A stretch of DNA of 64,000 bases, taken from the NCBI RefSeq assembly GCF_009914755.1, contig NC_060937.1, one strand, 5' to 3'. Under the pieces are notes generated by a model. It was not told the DNA's origin and ran no database searches. It saw only the letters and a list, made by a program, of their open reading frames with translations. The translations under genes were made by a program, and so were the position numbers. The DNA is from the human T2T-CHM13v2.0 reference genome, Homo sapiens. Below are positions 1-14,724 of this stretch, one piece after another; position 1 is the first letter of the stretch; each line of letters begins with the position of its first letter.

Positions 1-312
1 CATAAAAGCTACCTATCATTATTGTTGTTACCATAAATAATTTTCACCTGATGCATGCTCTGCTGATATAAGAAAACAACAGCAGAACACCTTTATCGGT
101 GCCTAGCCATTTTATTGTTTGACTAGTAGAGTTTAGTGTGGAAAAAAGCCACAGGAGCAGTGGTATTTATAAATGGCTTCTTATTGTGAACTGATGGCCC
201 ACCCCCAAGATGATAAACTGATAGGACTCTGCCATGAAGACTATCTTGTAAAGGTTTGCTGTGATTCACAGCATGGGAAGCTATTGCTCATGCTAAGGGT
301 ATCACCAAAAGG

Positions 313-498
313 AGAGTTTCCCAACCTCACTACTAGGAAAATTTGGGACAGATAATTTTTTGTTGTTGTTGCTCTGAGACTTGTAGGATAGTTAGCAGGA
401 TCCCTGGCCTCTACCCAGCAGATACCACAACCAAAAATGTCTTCAGACATTGCCAATGTCCCCTGGAAGGCAAAATCAGCCTCCACTGAGAGCCACTT
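313..498 (-). mobile_element. MER20 (hAT-Charlie DNA transposon relic)
   Basis: Reverse complement resembles MER20 (GATTTTGCC...GGGGACATTGGCAATGTCTGAAGACATTTTTGGTTGT...GGGTAGAGGCCAGGGAT). Confidence 0.75.
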
Positions 499-959
499 GC
501 CCAGAGGACTATCTGGTTGTCTTGCAGTAGATATCGGATACTGTCTCTTGGATGAATAGAGACTACCTGATCCCAACCAGCAGGGCTGAGAGTCAGTTGG
601 TGAGCACAATTTCAACTGAACCATTGCTTATAGCTCAGCACCTGTTTTGATTGGTTGATGCCTGTGCCATATTGGCTGTTAAATATGCTTGATATAAATC
701 CTGCATTCTGGTGAGCCTTTGGTTGAGGTCTCTTTAAGGAAGTAAAGATTAAAGCAGATCTTAGTTGTTCATGTAGCAAAGACATAGTTCACTCAAAGAG
801 CAGCATGGTGGCTAAAGGTAGTCAAATGGTTGTTACTGTACCTGAACAGCATCCAACAATGCCTCTATATGGTCTTTTCAAACATTGTTAACTTCTCTTC
901 CATCTTTCCCAATCATACTACAGAATGAGATTTCAGATGGCTTGACCCTAATGATGACC

Positions 960-1048
960 ACAAGCCTCAGACTCTTGAACTCAAGCAATTTTCCCACCTC
1001 TGCCTCCTGAGGAGCTGGAACTACAGACATGTGCCACTACACCCAGCT
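960..1048 (-). mobile_element. Old Alu monomer fragment (FRAM/AluJ-like)
   Basis: ctcaagcaattttcccacctctgcctcctgaggagctggaactacagacatgtgccactacacccagct. Confidence 0.7.
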
Positions 1049-1857
1049 CAGTGCAGGTTTTAAGAGATGCTTTCCCTCCAAATGCTTCTGTAAATAGAAA
1101 TACAGCACTTCTGACACTGTGTCCTTATGCTGAGGAGTGGTGCATACATACCGTGTTTCTCTACAGGATGGTTCCAGACTTTGGGTCCCAGAGCACTCAC
1201 GGTGGGGATGGTGACCTGTTATTAAGTGAAAGACATCCAGAAGTGTAGCCACTGGTGTTTGATCTATGCCCAGAAGAGCACTCCAATAGGACAACAATGA
1301 AGAAACAAAACAAACAAAAAAACCCAAGTGACTGGAGTACCAACGAATTCAGGACCAAGGGAAAGGTTGCAGATAAATTAGGTTGGCTGATCTCTCTAAA
1401 ATTAGCCCACTTGCCAAATAGAGTCAGCCAACTGCAACAAGCAACATCACAATTATTGCAATGTTGTTAAAACCATGAGAATAATAGGTCATACCTAGCA
1501 GTCTTTTTCAAAAGATCAGTTTTAATCAAGGTATACTTTTTGATCAGAGCATTGGGTCATGTTTCTAGAAATGAGCCAGGAATTCAGTGCAGCTTATCAT
1601 CCAGATCCTTGGCAAACTGCATGTGCATATGAGTCTCTGAAAACAATACTCTGAAAGTACAGTCAAGACAGTGGGGAAATGGGCTTGCTGACATCTCCAA
1701 TTTGCAGAGCACCTTGTCCTCCCATAGTCCAGGCTATGATTCCTCAGTGATTCCTCTGGGTCTGTCCACATGCTATTTCTCACCTGGATCTTTCTTTCCT
1801 CCCACTAACCTTACCCAACACCCTATTCATTTACTACCTATAGGGCTGTGAATATGT

Positions 1858-2015
1858 TCTTTAACTTCTCTGTGCCTCATTTTTATTTTCTCTAAAAGGG
1901 ACAAAATACTGGTTTTTATTTCAGAGGTTGTGGTGAAGATTAAGTGAGTTAATATATGTGAAGTGCTTTGCACAGTGCCTGGCACATAGCGAGGGTTCAA
2001 TAAACATTAGCTATT
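1858..2015 (+). mobile_element. MIR SINE (core and 3' end)
   Basis: ttaacttctctgtgcctcatttt...gttgtggtgaagattaagtgagttaatatatgtgaagtgctt...gcctggcacatag...caataaacattagctatt. Confidence 0.8.
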
Positions 2016-2027
2016 GATATAAGAATT

Positions 2028-2190
2028 CAGCCAGGCATGCTGGAAAGTGCGCCTGTAGTGCCAGCTACTCCAGAGGCTGAGGCAAGAGGATCACTTGAGC
2101 CCAGGAGTTTGAGGCTGCAGTGAAATATGATTGTGACACTGTACTCCAGCCTGGGCAACAAGTGAGATTCTGTTTCTAAAGGGAAAAAAA
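2028..2190 (+). mobile_element. Alu right-arm monomer (FRAM/AluJ)
   Basis: agccaggcatg...cctgtagtgccagctactcc...ggatcacttgagcccaggagtttgaggctgcagtg, followed by an A tail. Confidence 0.8.
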
Positions 2191-2369
2191 AGAATGATTA
2201 CTCAATCTTCACATCAGCTTCCTCTAATAAGTCTCTCCTGATGCCCTACAGCAGGATATTTGCCCTGTTATGTGTTCCCATAGCTCATGGTATAAAGTAT
2301 GCATAACATCTTTAGGGGATGTCCCTAAAATCTTTAAGAACACACCTCCTAGATTCTTAGTGCAGCCTT

Positions 2370-2795
2370 GGGTTCACCTGTAAACCAGACAGCTGCAAAT
2401 AAAACCTTTAATCTCTGGGCATAATATTGATCCAGTGGTGGGCATGGACCAACTGAATAATTGAAGGATTGCTATGGAGACTGGGAGAGAGAGGATTTCT
2501 TTTTTAAGAGATCTCAGGATCTCATTATACTTAGGATAATGAATTTCTGGAGTTGCCAGGGGCTATCTTTGCCAGCAAGAAAGGCTGCCTGAGAATAAAG
2601 CAGATGTAGAAGAAAGCAGAGGTCAGAGAGACATAAAGATGGGGGAAGAGGGAGACAGGATTACACCACTGGTGTGCTGGATCCAGCCAAACCTGAAGAC
2701 ATCTGTACCCAGGGCTATTATGCAGTCAGTAATAGCTTCTTTTTATTTAAGCTAGCTTGAATTTGAATTCTCTCACTTGTCACTAAGAGTTGATT
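2370..2795 (+). mobile_element. Ancient MaLR LTR (MLT1-like)
   Basis: 3' end ttttatttaagctagcttgaatttgaattctctcacttgtcactaagag resembles MLT1 LTR ends. Highly diverged, boundaries approximate. Confidence 0.45.
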
Positions 2796-3040
2796 AATAC
2801 AGTCAACTACATTAATCAAATACATTAATACTGTCTCATTCATAACACATATCACATTTCATCATTAATTGCTTGTCTATCTTTCCCATCTAGGCTATAA
2901 ATTCCATAAAGGCAGTGTCCTATCTTCCCACCATTGTGTGCCATGCAGAATGTCAGCCTGGAGCAGGCACTCAGACATTGCATGGATGTGTGAATGCTGA
3001 ATGGCCTGATGAAAATGACAGGTTCTACATGAAACAGTGA

Positions 3041-3461
<421 letters not shown>

Positions 3462-4883
3462 CCATTCCCCTCATTTCTGGATGCCCTGGGATCATTGCAG
3501 GCTGTTGGAAATCAGGGTCCCCTATCCCCTGCTATAAGGCTCCATTCCAGAGAAGGGAGACACGAATACTTGAAGGAAGCACTCCTGGACACGTGGGATT
3601 CACCGGTCGTCGTCACTTTTTAAAATAATTTTCAGACAAATATTTATATACATATTAAAAATTTCCCTAGAACAATTAGAGATATTAGGTGTAAGACTGA
3701 GGAAGGGGTGATTTGTTCTGCCTTCTTCCTCTGAGATATGTGTTTCCACAGATCACAGCTGCTCACCGTTTCAAATGGTCAAAAACAGAAACAAATAATC
3801 CTTCCTCTATGTTAGTCAGGAGTCGCTCAATTGTAAGTCATCCATAAGATTAAACAAGGTGTAAAAGAATTTCAGAAATTTTGAAATTTCATCATTATGT
3901 AACTGAAATGTTTAGGATTTGAGCCACGTGTATATATGGCTGGAGCCGGGTCCTCAAAAACTGTCTCATTCTCTCCATCTCAAAGTTTCCCTGGTGACTT
4001 TATGATTTTCTGACAGATCTCTCCATTGGTAGGAAGAATGGTCTTTACAGATTGCATCATCGATGGAGACCCCTTGCAGCCATCATTTCAGCCCCGCGAA
4101 AGGCCTCCGATTGGCTCTGCTAGGGTCCTATGCCCAAGTCTGTGCATCTCTCACGATTCCGGTAAGAATGGTATTCTCTTGTTGGTTAGCCTGGGTCACA
4201 TACCTATCTCTGTGGACTATGAGGGCTGTCGGTGCTGGGGGAGATTGGCAGCTCCATAAGCATCCAGGGATAGAGGAAGAATCAACTTCCGAAGGAAGGA
4301 AATGTGAGCAGACAAGGAATTATCAGGTATCCACTATGTATGCCACACCCTCACTCATTCAAACATCTCCCGACACACTCCCCGAGGGCCCAAGAGGATC
4401 TGTACCACATCCACAGTTCAACCCCAGTCATCTCTCCAGCTATGTCTGCCCTACGCTCTGGTGTTACTCCAGGTAGGGAAAGTAAGCTTCATGTCCAGTG
4501 TGGCCAGTTGTGTCGCACAGCCACACAACACCACGCATCAGTGCTGCCTGTGCTCTCACCGCCTGGATAGACTTGTCATGCTTCACTCTCTCTCATTTTC
4601 TTAGTCTCCTCTCCCCATGAGTCCTGGGAACTAGGCTGAAGGACACAATATGAGCAACCGGGCTATCACCAGGAACGCCCTTCCCCCTTGGTGCTAGCCT
4701 TGAACCAGACTGTGGACTTAGACTTTTTCCCCTAAGGTGGAGTTTCTTCTCAAGGGTTCCAGTTTCTGCATCAGGTAGACTATCCCTATGTTCTGCAGCG
4801 GTTCTCACTAGATCAGGCTCGATCATTCAGCATGGCACAGAGCTGGGATCATTGCTGTGCCTGTTTTAAGAGACTATTTTATT

Positions 4884-5190
4884 CTTTTTTTTCTTTTTTC
4901 TCTTTTTTTTTTTTTTTTGAGACGGAGTCTCGCCCTGTCACCCCAGGCTGGAGCACAGTGGCACCGTCTCAGCTCACTGCAACCTCCACCCCCCGGGGTT
5001 CAAGTGATTCTCCTACTCAGCCTGCTGAGTAGCTGGGATTACAGGCACGTGCAACCACGCCTGGCTAATTTTTGTATTTTCAGTAGAGATGGGGTTTCAT
5101 CATGTTGGCCAGTCTGGTCTCAAACTCCTGACCCTAAGTGATCTGCATGCCTCATCCTCCCAAAGTGCTGGGATTACAGACATGCCCAGC
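4884..5190 (-). mobile_element. AluS (AluSx-like)
   Basis: Poly-T then gagacggagtctcgcc...cccaaagtgctgggattacag; small deletion near the Alu 5' end. Confidence 0.9.
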
Positions 5191-6809
5191 TGAGGTTATT
5201 TTACACTTAACTAGACTTTCTGCTTTAGTTTTGATCAGAGAGAGTTATTTGTTAACTGTCCTGAACAGTGTATCATCTCATCATCGACCATCCATCAGGT
5301 TGGCTGAGTAAAATTTTAATCGGCTATCGTAAGGACCAAAAATACAAATTTCTCCCCCTGGTTGGTACGTTCTTTCTTTGAAGGTTTTGATTTGCTTATT
5401 TCTGTTCTCATGTGAGAACCCTTGAGGTTTTTAAAGATCTGTACATAAAGCATTGATGTAATAGTCAATATAACTGCTGATTTGCTGATTGATTCTGAGT
5501 AGAATTTTAAAACTTGAAGAAGAAAGAACTTAATTGACTCTATAGTAGCCTAGGTGTGCTTGCAGTGGTTCCTGACCTTCTGTTCATACCAAAAATCTCT
5601 TTCCATTCATGAGACACATTGTCAATTAAAAGGAACAATATATGCCAATAGATGTTGGCAGATACCATGGGCAACATTCCAACATCTTCTTGGGCTCATT
5701 CATCCATATGAACGTGCAGACTCATGTTATGGCTGGGCTCTCATTCCCTCACTTAACATGTATCCTTATCTCCTGCCTTCTAGTATATGTCAACTCTACC
5801 CCTAATCTGCACATCTGTCCTCCCAGTACACATCTTTCTGTCCCACTCATTTCCAGCATTGATTTCTATCTGCCTGTCACAGTAATCACTCAGGGAACAA
5901 CTCAGGAGCAACCTGCACCAACAGAGACACATGTTTCCTCACAATGAGCCAGCCTTTATCAGACTGACATTAGCATTCCAAGCAACATAAAGGAATGAAA
6001 CAGGTAATTTAGAAACCTTGTTTATCTCTTGCAGTTATGACATTGTTGTTTTTCTGGTGCTAGAATTTATGCATAGACAAAGAACCGAGGCCTAACGCAA
6101 ACATTTGTCAGATTAAACCAATGACAATTGAGTGGAGAGAACTGGAAGACTTTAATTCTGACAGTACATCTGTTCTACCTTTTTGTTTTGCTGCAGCCAA
6201 ATATATTGCAATATGGAAATTGCTAATTTTGCCCATTATCTTGTATGTAATACACATTTGATCATAAGGATTAATAAACTGGTTCTCATATCCACAGGTC
6301 AGGAGAGGCAGGCTGTTGATCAATACTGATTGGAATATCTGTGTTCACTTGCCTTTGCCTTCTCTACCAGAACCCTGGGGCCCATGCTGGGAACTTTTCC
6401 TGTGCTTCACTCCTCCACACCCAACAAAAGAATATATACATTTATTTGGGGCTTTGCCATTTGTCGGGAAATTCAACAAATGAGTCTTAGGATGTTAACA
6501 GAGGATAATTCATTATATGTGCATTTTGAGCAAGGCTTCTTGGAGAAATGCTTTAAACAAAATAATGCCCACCATTTACTTATACTTTCTATGTCCTTTA
6601 TACACAACATTGCATTGACCTGTCAATGGAATCCCATGAGGATTTTAATTTCCTCTCCTGTAGAAGAGAAAACTAAAGTACTGAATGCTTAAATGAGTTG
6701 GCCAAATGACCTTCTAGCCCGTAAGAGGGAGGCATTGTAAAGCTCAGATACTTCAAGACTCTATGCTGTAGAAGGATATATTTATTTCGATCTGAAAATC
6801 ACACACAAC

Positions 6810-7290
6810 AAATAAGGAAGAAACAATGGCAAAATTTTTTTGAATTTGATTTTAAAAATCTACTTATAAATCCGAGAAGCTTAGCAAATCAGAAGCAGGA
6901 CCAATAGAAAGAGAAGATATCTAAGGGGCCATAGTCAAACTGAAGAACACCAAAAAGATATTTTTGAAAGCAGACACAGGGCAAAAAAAAGACACATCAT
7001 AAACTGGGGGAAAAACCATTAAGAATGATTTGTGAATTCTCATCAGAAGCAATGGAGGCCAGAACACAATGGGATGGCAATAAAAAAAAAACTCCAAAGT
7101 ATCAACCCAGAATTCTATATACAGAAAAATATCTTAAGAGGGAAATAAAGTTATTTTCAAATAAAAGAGAACTGAGAAATTTGTTGCCAGCAGCCTTGCA
7201 CTATAAGAAATGCTAAAGGATGTTCTGCAGCCTGCAGGAAAATTATAACAGATCAAACTTGGATCTGCAGGAAATAACAAAAAGCATTAT
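6810..7290 (+). mobile_element. Old L1M ORF1 3' fragment
   Basis: Translation EFSSEAMEARTQW...YQPRILY...EIKLFSNKRELR is homologous to the ORF1p C-terminal domain. Confidence 0.7.
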
Positions 7291-7477
7291 GTCCTCATCC
7301 TTGTCCAGGTTACCTGACATGCTTCTGATACTTGGAGGCAGCATTTTGAGGGCTGTATAAAAGAGTTTGGTTACAAAGGATAAACTAAAATATTTTGATG
7401 TAATGAAGCAATATCATATGGTATAAGGATAGAGAGAGTGTTTGCTCCCTTTTTTCACATTGTTTAGAATTTTTCCT

Positions 7478-10400
7478 GAAGTGGAAGCCCCATCCCTAGG
7501 GGAAGCAGGGAGAACACATCAAGGGAACACCCTATGGGATAGTAGAATCTGAACAACAGCCCTTGAGCCCTAGATCTTCCCTCTGTCATAGTCTACCCAA
7601 AAGAGAAGGAACCAGAAAAACAATTCTGGTAATATGAGAAAACAAGATTCTTTAACGCCCCCAAAAGATTACACTAACTCACTAGCAATGGATCCAAACA
7701 AATAAGAAATTTCTGAATTGCCACAAAAAGAATTCAAAAGGTCAATTATTAAGCTACTAAAGGAGGCACCAGAGAAAGTGAATACCAACTTAAATTTAAA
7801 AAAATGATACATGATAAGGACAGAAAAATCTCCACAGAAATAGATAGCATAAATAAAGAACAATTACAACTTCTGGAAATGAAAAACACACTTAAACAAA
7901 TGCAAAATACACTGGAAACTCTCAGCAATATAATTGAACAAGTAGAAGAAAGAATTTCAGAGCTCCAAGATAAGACTTTTGAATTAACCCAATCTGACAA
8001 ACAGAAAAAATAATTTTAAAAAATGAACAAAGCCCCCAATAAGTTTGGGATTATGTTAAACGACCAAACTAACAAACAGACTTTTCCAGACAAACAAACG
8101 CTGAGAGAATTCTCCACCACCAAGTCAACACTATAAGAACTGCTAAAAGGAGCTCTAAATCTTGAAACAAATCCTCGAAATACATCAAAATAGAGCCTCT
8201 TTAAAGCATAAATATCACAGGACCTCTATAACATTAACACAATGAAAAAAACAAGATCTTCAGGCAACAAATAGCACAATAAATAGAATAGCACTTCACA
8301 TCTCAACACTAACATTGAATGTAAATGGACTAAATGCTCCACTTAACAGACACAGAATGTCAGAATGGATAAGAATTCACCAACCAAGTTTCTGCTGTCT
8401 TCAGGGGACTCACCTAACACATAAGGACTTACATAAACTTAAGGTAGAGGGATGGAAAAAGATATTCCATGCCAATGGACACCAAAAGCAATCAGAAGTA
8501 AATATTTTAATATCATACAAAACCGACTTTAAATAAACAACAGTTTAAAAAGACAAAGAAGGACCTTATATAATGATAAAAGGACTAGTCCAACAGGAAA
8601 GTATCACAATCTAAATATATATGCACCTAACACTGGTGCTCCCAAATTTATAAAATAATTACTGCTAGACCTAAGAAATGAGATTGACAGCAACACAGTA
8701 ATAGTGGGGGACTTCAGTACTCCACTGATAGCACTAGACAGCCCATTAAGATGGAAAGTCAACAAAGAAACAATGAGCTTAAACTATACCCTAGAACATA
8801 TTGACTTAACAGATACTTACAGAACATTCTACCCAACAACTGCAGAATATACAGTCTATTCAGCATCACATGGAACATTCTCCAAGAAAGACCATAAAAC
8901 AAGTCTCAATAAATTTAAGTAGATCAAAATTACATCAAGTCCTCCGACCACAGTAGAATAAAATTGGAAATCAACTCCAAAAGGAACCCTTAAAACCATG
9001 CAAATATGTGGAAATTAAATAACCTGCTCCTGAATGATCATTGGGTCAACAATGAAATCAAGATAGAAATTTAAAAAATTCTTTGAACTGAATGATAATA
9101 GTGACACAACCTATCAAAACCTCTATGATACAGCAAAAGCGGTGCTAAGAGGAAAGCATTGAGTGTGTACATCGAAAAGCCTGAAGGAGCACAAATAGAC
9201 AATCTAAGGTTACACCTCAAGGAACTAGAGAAACAACAAACCAAACCAAAACCCAACAGAAGAAAAGAAACAACAAAGATTAGAGCAGAACTAAATGAAA
9301 TTAAAACAACAAAGAAAAACAATACAAAAGATAAAGTAAGCAAAAAGCTGGTTCTTTGAAAAGATAAACAAAATTGATAGACCATTAGCAGGATTAACCA
9401 AGAAAAGAAGAGGGGAGATCCAAATAAGCTCAATTAGAAATGAAACAGGAGGTATTACAACTGATACCACAGAAATACAAAAGATCATTCAAGGCTGCTA
9501 TGAACACCTTTACACACACAAACTAGAAAACATAGAGAAGATGGATAAATTCCTGGAAGCATACAACCCTCCTAGATTAAACCAGGAAGAAATAGATACT
9601 CTGAACAGACCAACAGCAAGCAGCAAAATTGAAATAGCAATTTAAAAAATTGCCAACAGAAAAGTCTAGGACAAGACAGATTCACAGCTGAATTCTATCA
9701 GACATTCATAGAAGAATTGGTAGCAACCCTACTGACACTATTCTACAAGATAAAGAGGGCATCTTCTTTAAATCATTCTATGAAGCCAGTATCACCATAA
9801 TACCAAAACCAGGAAAGGATATAACAAAAAAAGAAAACTACAGACCAATATCTCTGATGAACGTAGGTGCAAAAATCCCTAACAAAATACTAGCTAACTG
9901 TACTCAACAGCATATAAAAAAGATAATCCATAATAATCAAGTGGGTTTCATACCAGGGATGCAGGGGTGGTTTAACATATGCAATTCTGTTTACGTGATA
10001 CAACACATAAATAGAATTAAAAGAAAATCATATGATCATCTCAACAGACACAGAAAAAGCATTTGACAAAATCCAGCATTGCTATAAGATTAAAACCCTC
10101 AGTAAAATCAGCATAGAAGGGAAATACTTTAAGGTAATAAAAGCCATCTATGACAATCCCACAGCCAACATTACACTGAATGGGGAAGAGCTGAACACAT
10201 TCCCCCTGAGAACTGGAGCAAGACAAGGATGCCCACTTTCACTACTTCTATTCAACATAGTACTGGAAGTCTTAGCCAGAGCAATCAGACAAGAGAAAGA
10301 AATAAAGAGCATCCAAATTGGTAAAGAGGAAGTCAAACTCTTGCTGTTTGCCAATGATATGATCATATACCTAGAAAACCCTAAAGATTCATCCCAAAAG

Positions 10401-12290
10401 CTCCTAGATCTGAAAAATTAATTCAGTAAAGTTTCAGGATACAAAAATCAATGTACACAAATCAATAGCACTGCTATATGTCAACAGCGACCAAGCTGAG
10501 AATCAAATAAAAAACTCAACATCCTTTACAATAGCTTTGAATAAAATAAAATACTTAGGAATATATCTAACCAAGGTGGTGAAAGACCTCTACAAGGAAA
10601 ATGACAAAATACTGCTGAAAGAAATCATAGATGACACAAACAAATGGAAACACATCCCCCACTCATGAGAGGGTAGAATCAATATTGTGAAAATGACTAT
10701 ACTGCCAAAAGCAATCTACAAATTCAATGCAATTCCCATCAAAATACCACCATCACTCTTCACAGAACTAGAAAAAACAATCTTAAAATCCATATGCAAC
10801 CAAAAAATAGCCCGCATACCCAAAGCATGACAAAGCAAAAAGAACAAATCTGGAGGCATCACATTACCTGACTTCAAACTATACTATAAAGCTATAGTCA
10901 CCAAAACATCATGGTACTGGTATAAAAATAAGCACATAGACCAATGGAACAGAATAGAGAACCCAGAAATAAAGCTAAATACTTACAGCCAACTGATTTT
11001 CAACAAAGCAAAAAAAAAAACGTAAAGTGGGGAAAGGACACCCTATTCAACAAACGGTGCTGGGATAATTGGCAAGCCGCATGTGGAAGAATGAAACTGT
11101 ATCTTCATCTCTCATCTTATAAAAAATCAACTAAAGGTGGATCAAAGACTTTAATGTAAAGCCTGAAGCTATAAAAATCCTAGAAGATAACATAAAAAAA
11201 CCTTCTAGACATTGGCTTAAGCAAAGACTTCATGGCCAAGAACCCAAAAGCAAATGCAACAAAAACAAAAATAAATAGATGGGACTTAATTAAACTAAAA
11301 TGCTTCTGCACAGCAAAAGAAATAATCAGCAGAGTAAACAGACAACCCACAGTGGTGAAAATCTTCACAAATATGCATCTGACAAAGGACTAATATCCAG
11401 AATCTATGAAGAACTCAAACAAATCAGCAAGAAAAAAACAAACAATTCCAGCAAAAACTGGGCTAAGGACATGAATAGACAATTCTCAAAAGAAGGTATA
11501 CAAATGGCCAACAAACATATGAAAAAATGCTTGATACCACTGATTGTCTGGGAAATGTAAATCAAAATCACAATGTGATACCACCTTACTTCTGCAAATA
11601 TGACTATAATCAAAAAATCAAAAAATAATAAATGTTGGCGTGGATGTGGTGAAAATAAATATTTTTACACTGCTGGTGAAAATGTAAACTAGTGCAACCA
11701 CTATGGGAAACAGTGTGGTGATTCCTTAAAGAACTAAAAGTAAATCTGCCATTTGATCCAGCAATGTTACTTCTGGGTATCTATCCAGAGGAAAAGAAGT
11801 TGTTATACGAAAAAGATATTTGCACACATGTTTATGAAAGCACAATTCACAATTGCAAAAATATGAAAGTAGCCCAAATGCCCATCAATCAATGAGTAGA
11901 TAAAGAAAATATATATATGGAATACTACTCAGCCATAAAAAGAACAAAACAATGGCATTCACAGTCACTTGGATGGAATTTGAGACCATTATTCTAAGTG
12001 AAGTAACTCAGGAATGGAAAACCAAACATCGTATATTCTCATTCATAAGAGGGAGCTAAGCTATGAGGACGCAAAGGCATAACAACGATACAGTGAACTT
12101 TGGGGACTCAGGGAAAAGGTTGGGAGGGGATGAGGGATAAAAGACAACACATTTGGTACAGTGTGCACTGCACATGTGATAGGTGCACCAAAATCACTAA
12201 ATTTACTGCTAAAGAATTTATCAGTGTAACCAAACACCACCTGTTCCCCAAAAACCTACTGAAATAAAAAATTAAAATTAAAATTAAAAA
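7478..12290 (+). mobile_element. L1PB1-like LINE-1, truncated within the 5'UTR, inactive (ORF1 internal deletion near 8070, disrupted ORF2)
   Basis: ORF1/ORF2 fragments (NVNGLN..., RQGCPLS, FANDM); L1PB-type 3'UTR (gtaaccaaacaccacctgttccccaaaaaccta) and A-rich tail; probable TSD agaatttt(t/c)cct at 7466-7477 and 12291-12302. Confidence 0.85.
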
Positions 12291-13854
12291 AGAATTTTCC
12301 CTACAGTTGTTGTTAGCTTTAAGTTGTTATGTCTTTTGCTGTACAGACTTTTCATTTGTATCTAGTTATCTTTCCTTTTGTTATTTCTCTAATTGCTTCC
12401 ATCCTTAGAAAGTTTTTTCTGACTAGAGATTATTCATTCATTCATATAAAATAAATTTTACAGGTTCTTGTATTTTCAGTTGTTTAATTTATGGCAAATT
12501 TACTCCAGTGTATGCAATGAAGTAAGAATATAAATCTCAGTTTTATATTTTACAAACACCATTTGCTGAAGAATCAATTTCTTAATGACTTGTGATGAGT
12601 CATTTATCATACATTAAGGTTATATTTTAGGGTTTACTCTATTTAGGCTCTTCCATGGAATTATTGTTAATTATTGTATCATTTTTCTTTGGACAACTTA
12701 GTGATGTAGCTTGCTGTCAAGTAGGTAAATTCTTCTGTCTTCCCATTCTTCTTTCTAAAATTCTTATTTTTCATACTGATTTATTCTGAGAATCATTTTA
12801 CCACATTCTTCCCTGCCATACACAGAACTCTGGAATGTTGAATGGAATTACTTTAAGACTACACACTAACTGAAGAAGAATGTATACCTTTGCTGTAGTC
12901 CTTTTTTCCACTGGGAATATAAAATATCTCTCAAATTAATTAGGTCCAGGCAAGGAAATAAAGCTGAGCATCTACTAAAATTAGTAAATCTGTAAGATTT
13001 ACTCCTATAAGGAGATACCCACTTCTGCATTTAGCTGGGACCCCAAGGGCAACATTTCATGATGGGATGAAAAAGAAATAAAAACTGATATGCAAATGGA
13101 AACAATGGAGAAACCTCCTCGTCTTGAACTTGATGCTTGTTGGAGGGGTAATAGCAGTCTTTATTGAGAATTCATCATCTCAGTCTGGACCCCACATAAA
13201 TTTCGGTACAAGTTCATATTGGTAGTGATCTGAACAATCTCAAGCCAGGATTAAATTTAAAGAAGTCTCATATTGGCAGTGCCTCCTAGTTGCTGGCAAA
13301 AGCAAACACAAATCTTATTTAGAAGAATGTACCTTCAAGCAAGGGTACGTGGGAAAAATTCCCATGAATAAATGCCTAAATAAAATGATCAACTCATAAT
13401 TTTAAATCATCTAAACACAGACTAAAAAGGCACCATCAGTGAAATAATCAGTAACAGACAATAGAAACAGATGTGCAAAACTTCAGATAGAGAAATATCA
13501 CACCCAGATATAAAATAACTATCTTTAGCAGTGTTAAATAAATAAAACAGATGTTTGAAAAAAATGGAATAGAACTCTAGAAATGAAAAAATATAATAAC
13601 TGAAACTAAAACTCAATTGATCACACCCATTATGGTGGCTACTACCAAAAAAAAAAAAAAAAAAAACCAGAAAATAAGTGTTGGTGAAGAGAAATTAGAA
13701 TCCTTGTGCATTGTTGGTGGGAATGTAAAATGTTGCAGCTACTATGGAAAATAGTGTGTGGTTTCCCAAAATATGAAACATAGAATTACTATATGGTTCA
13801 ACAATCCCCTGTCTGGATATATACCCAAAAGAAATGAAAGCAAGGACTCAGTTA

Positions 13855-14724
<870 letters not shown>

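Noticed and set aside
4026-4826. Cluster of overlapping 77-137 aa ORFs
   Set aside because: No recognisable domain, and overlapping frames fit chance ORFs in GC-richer DNA.
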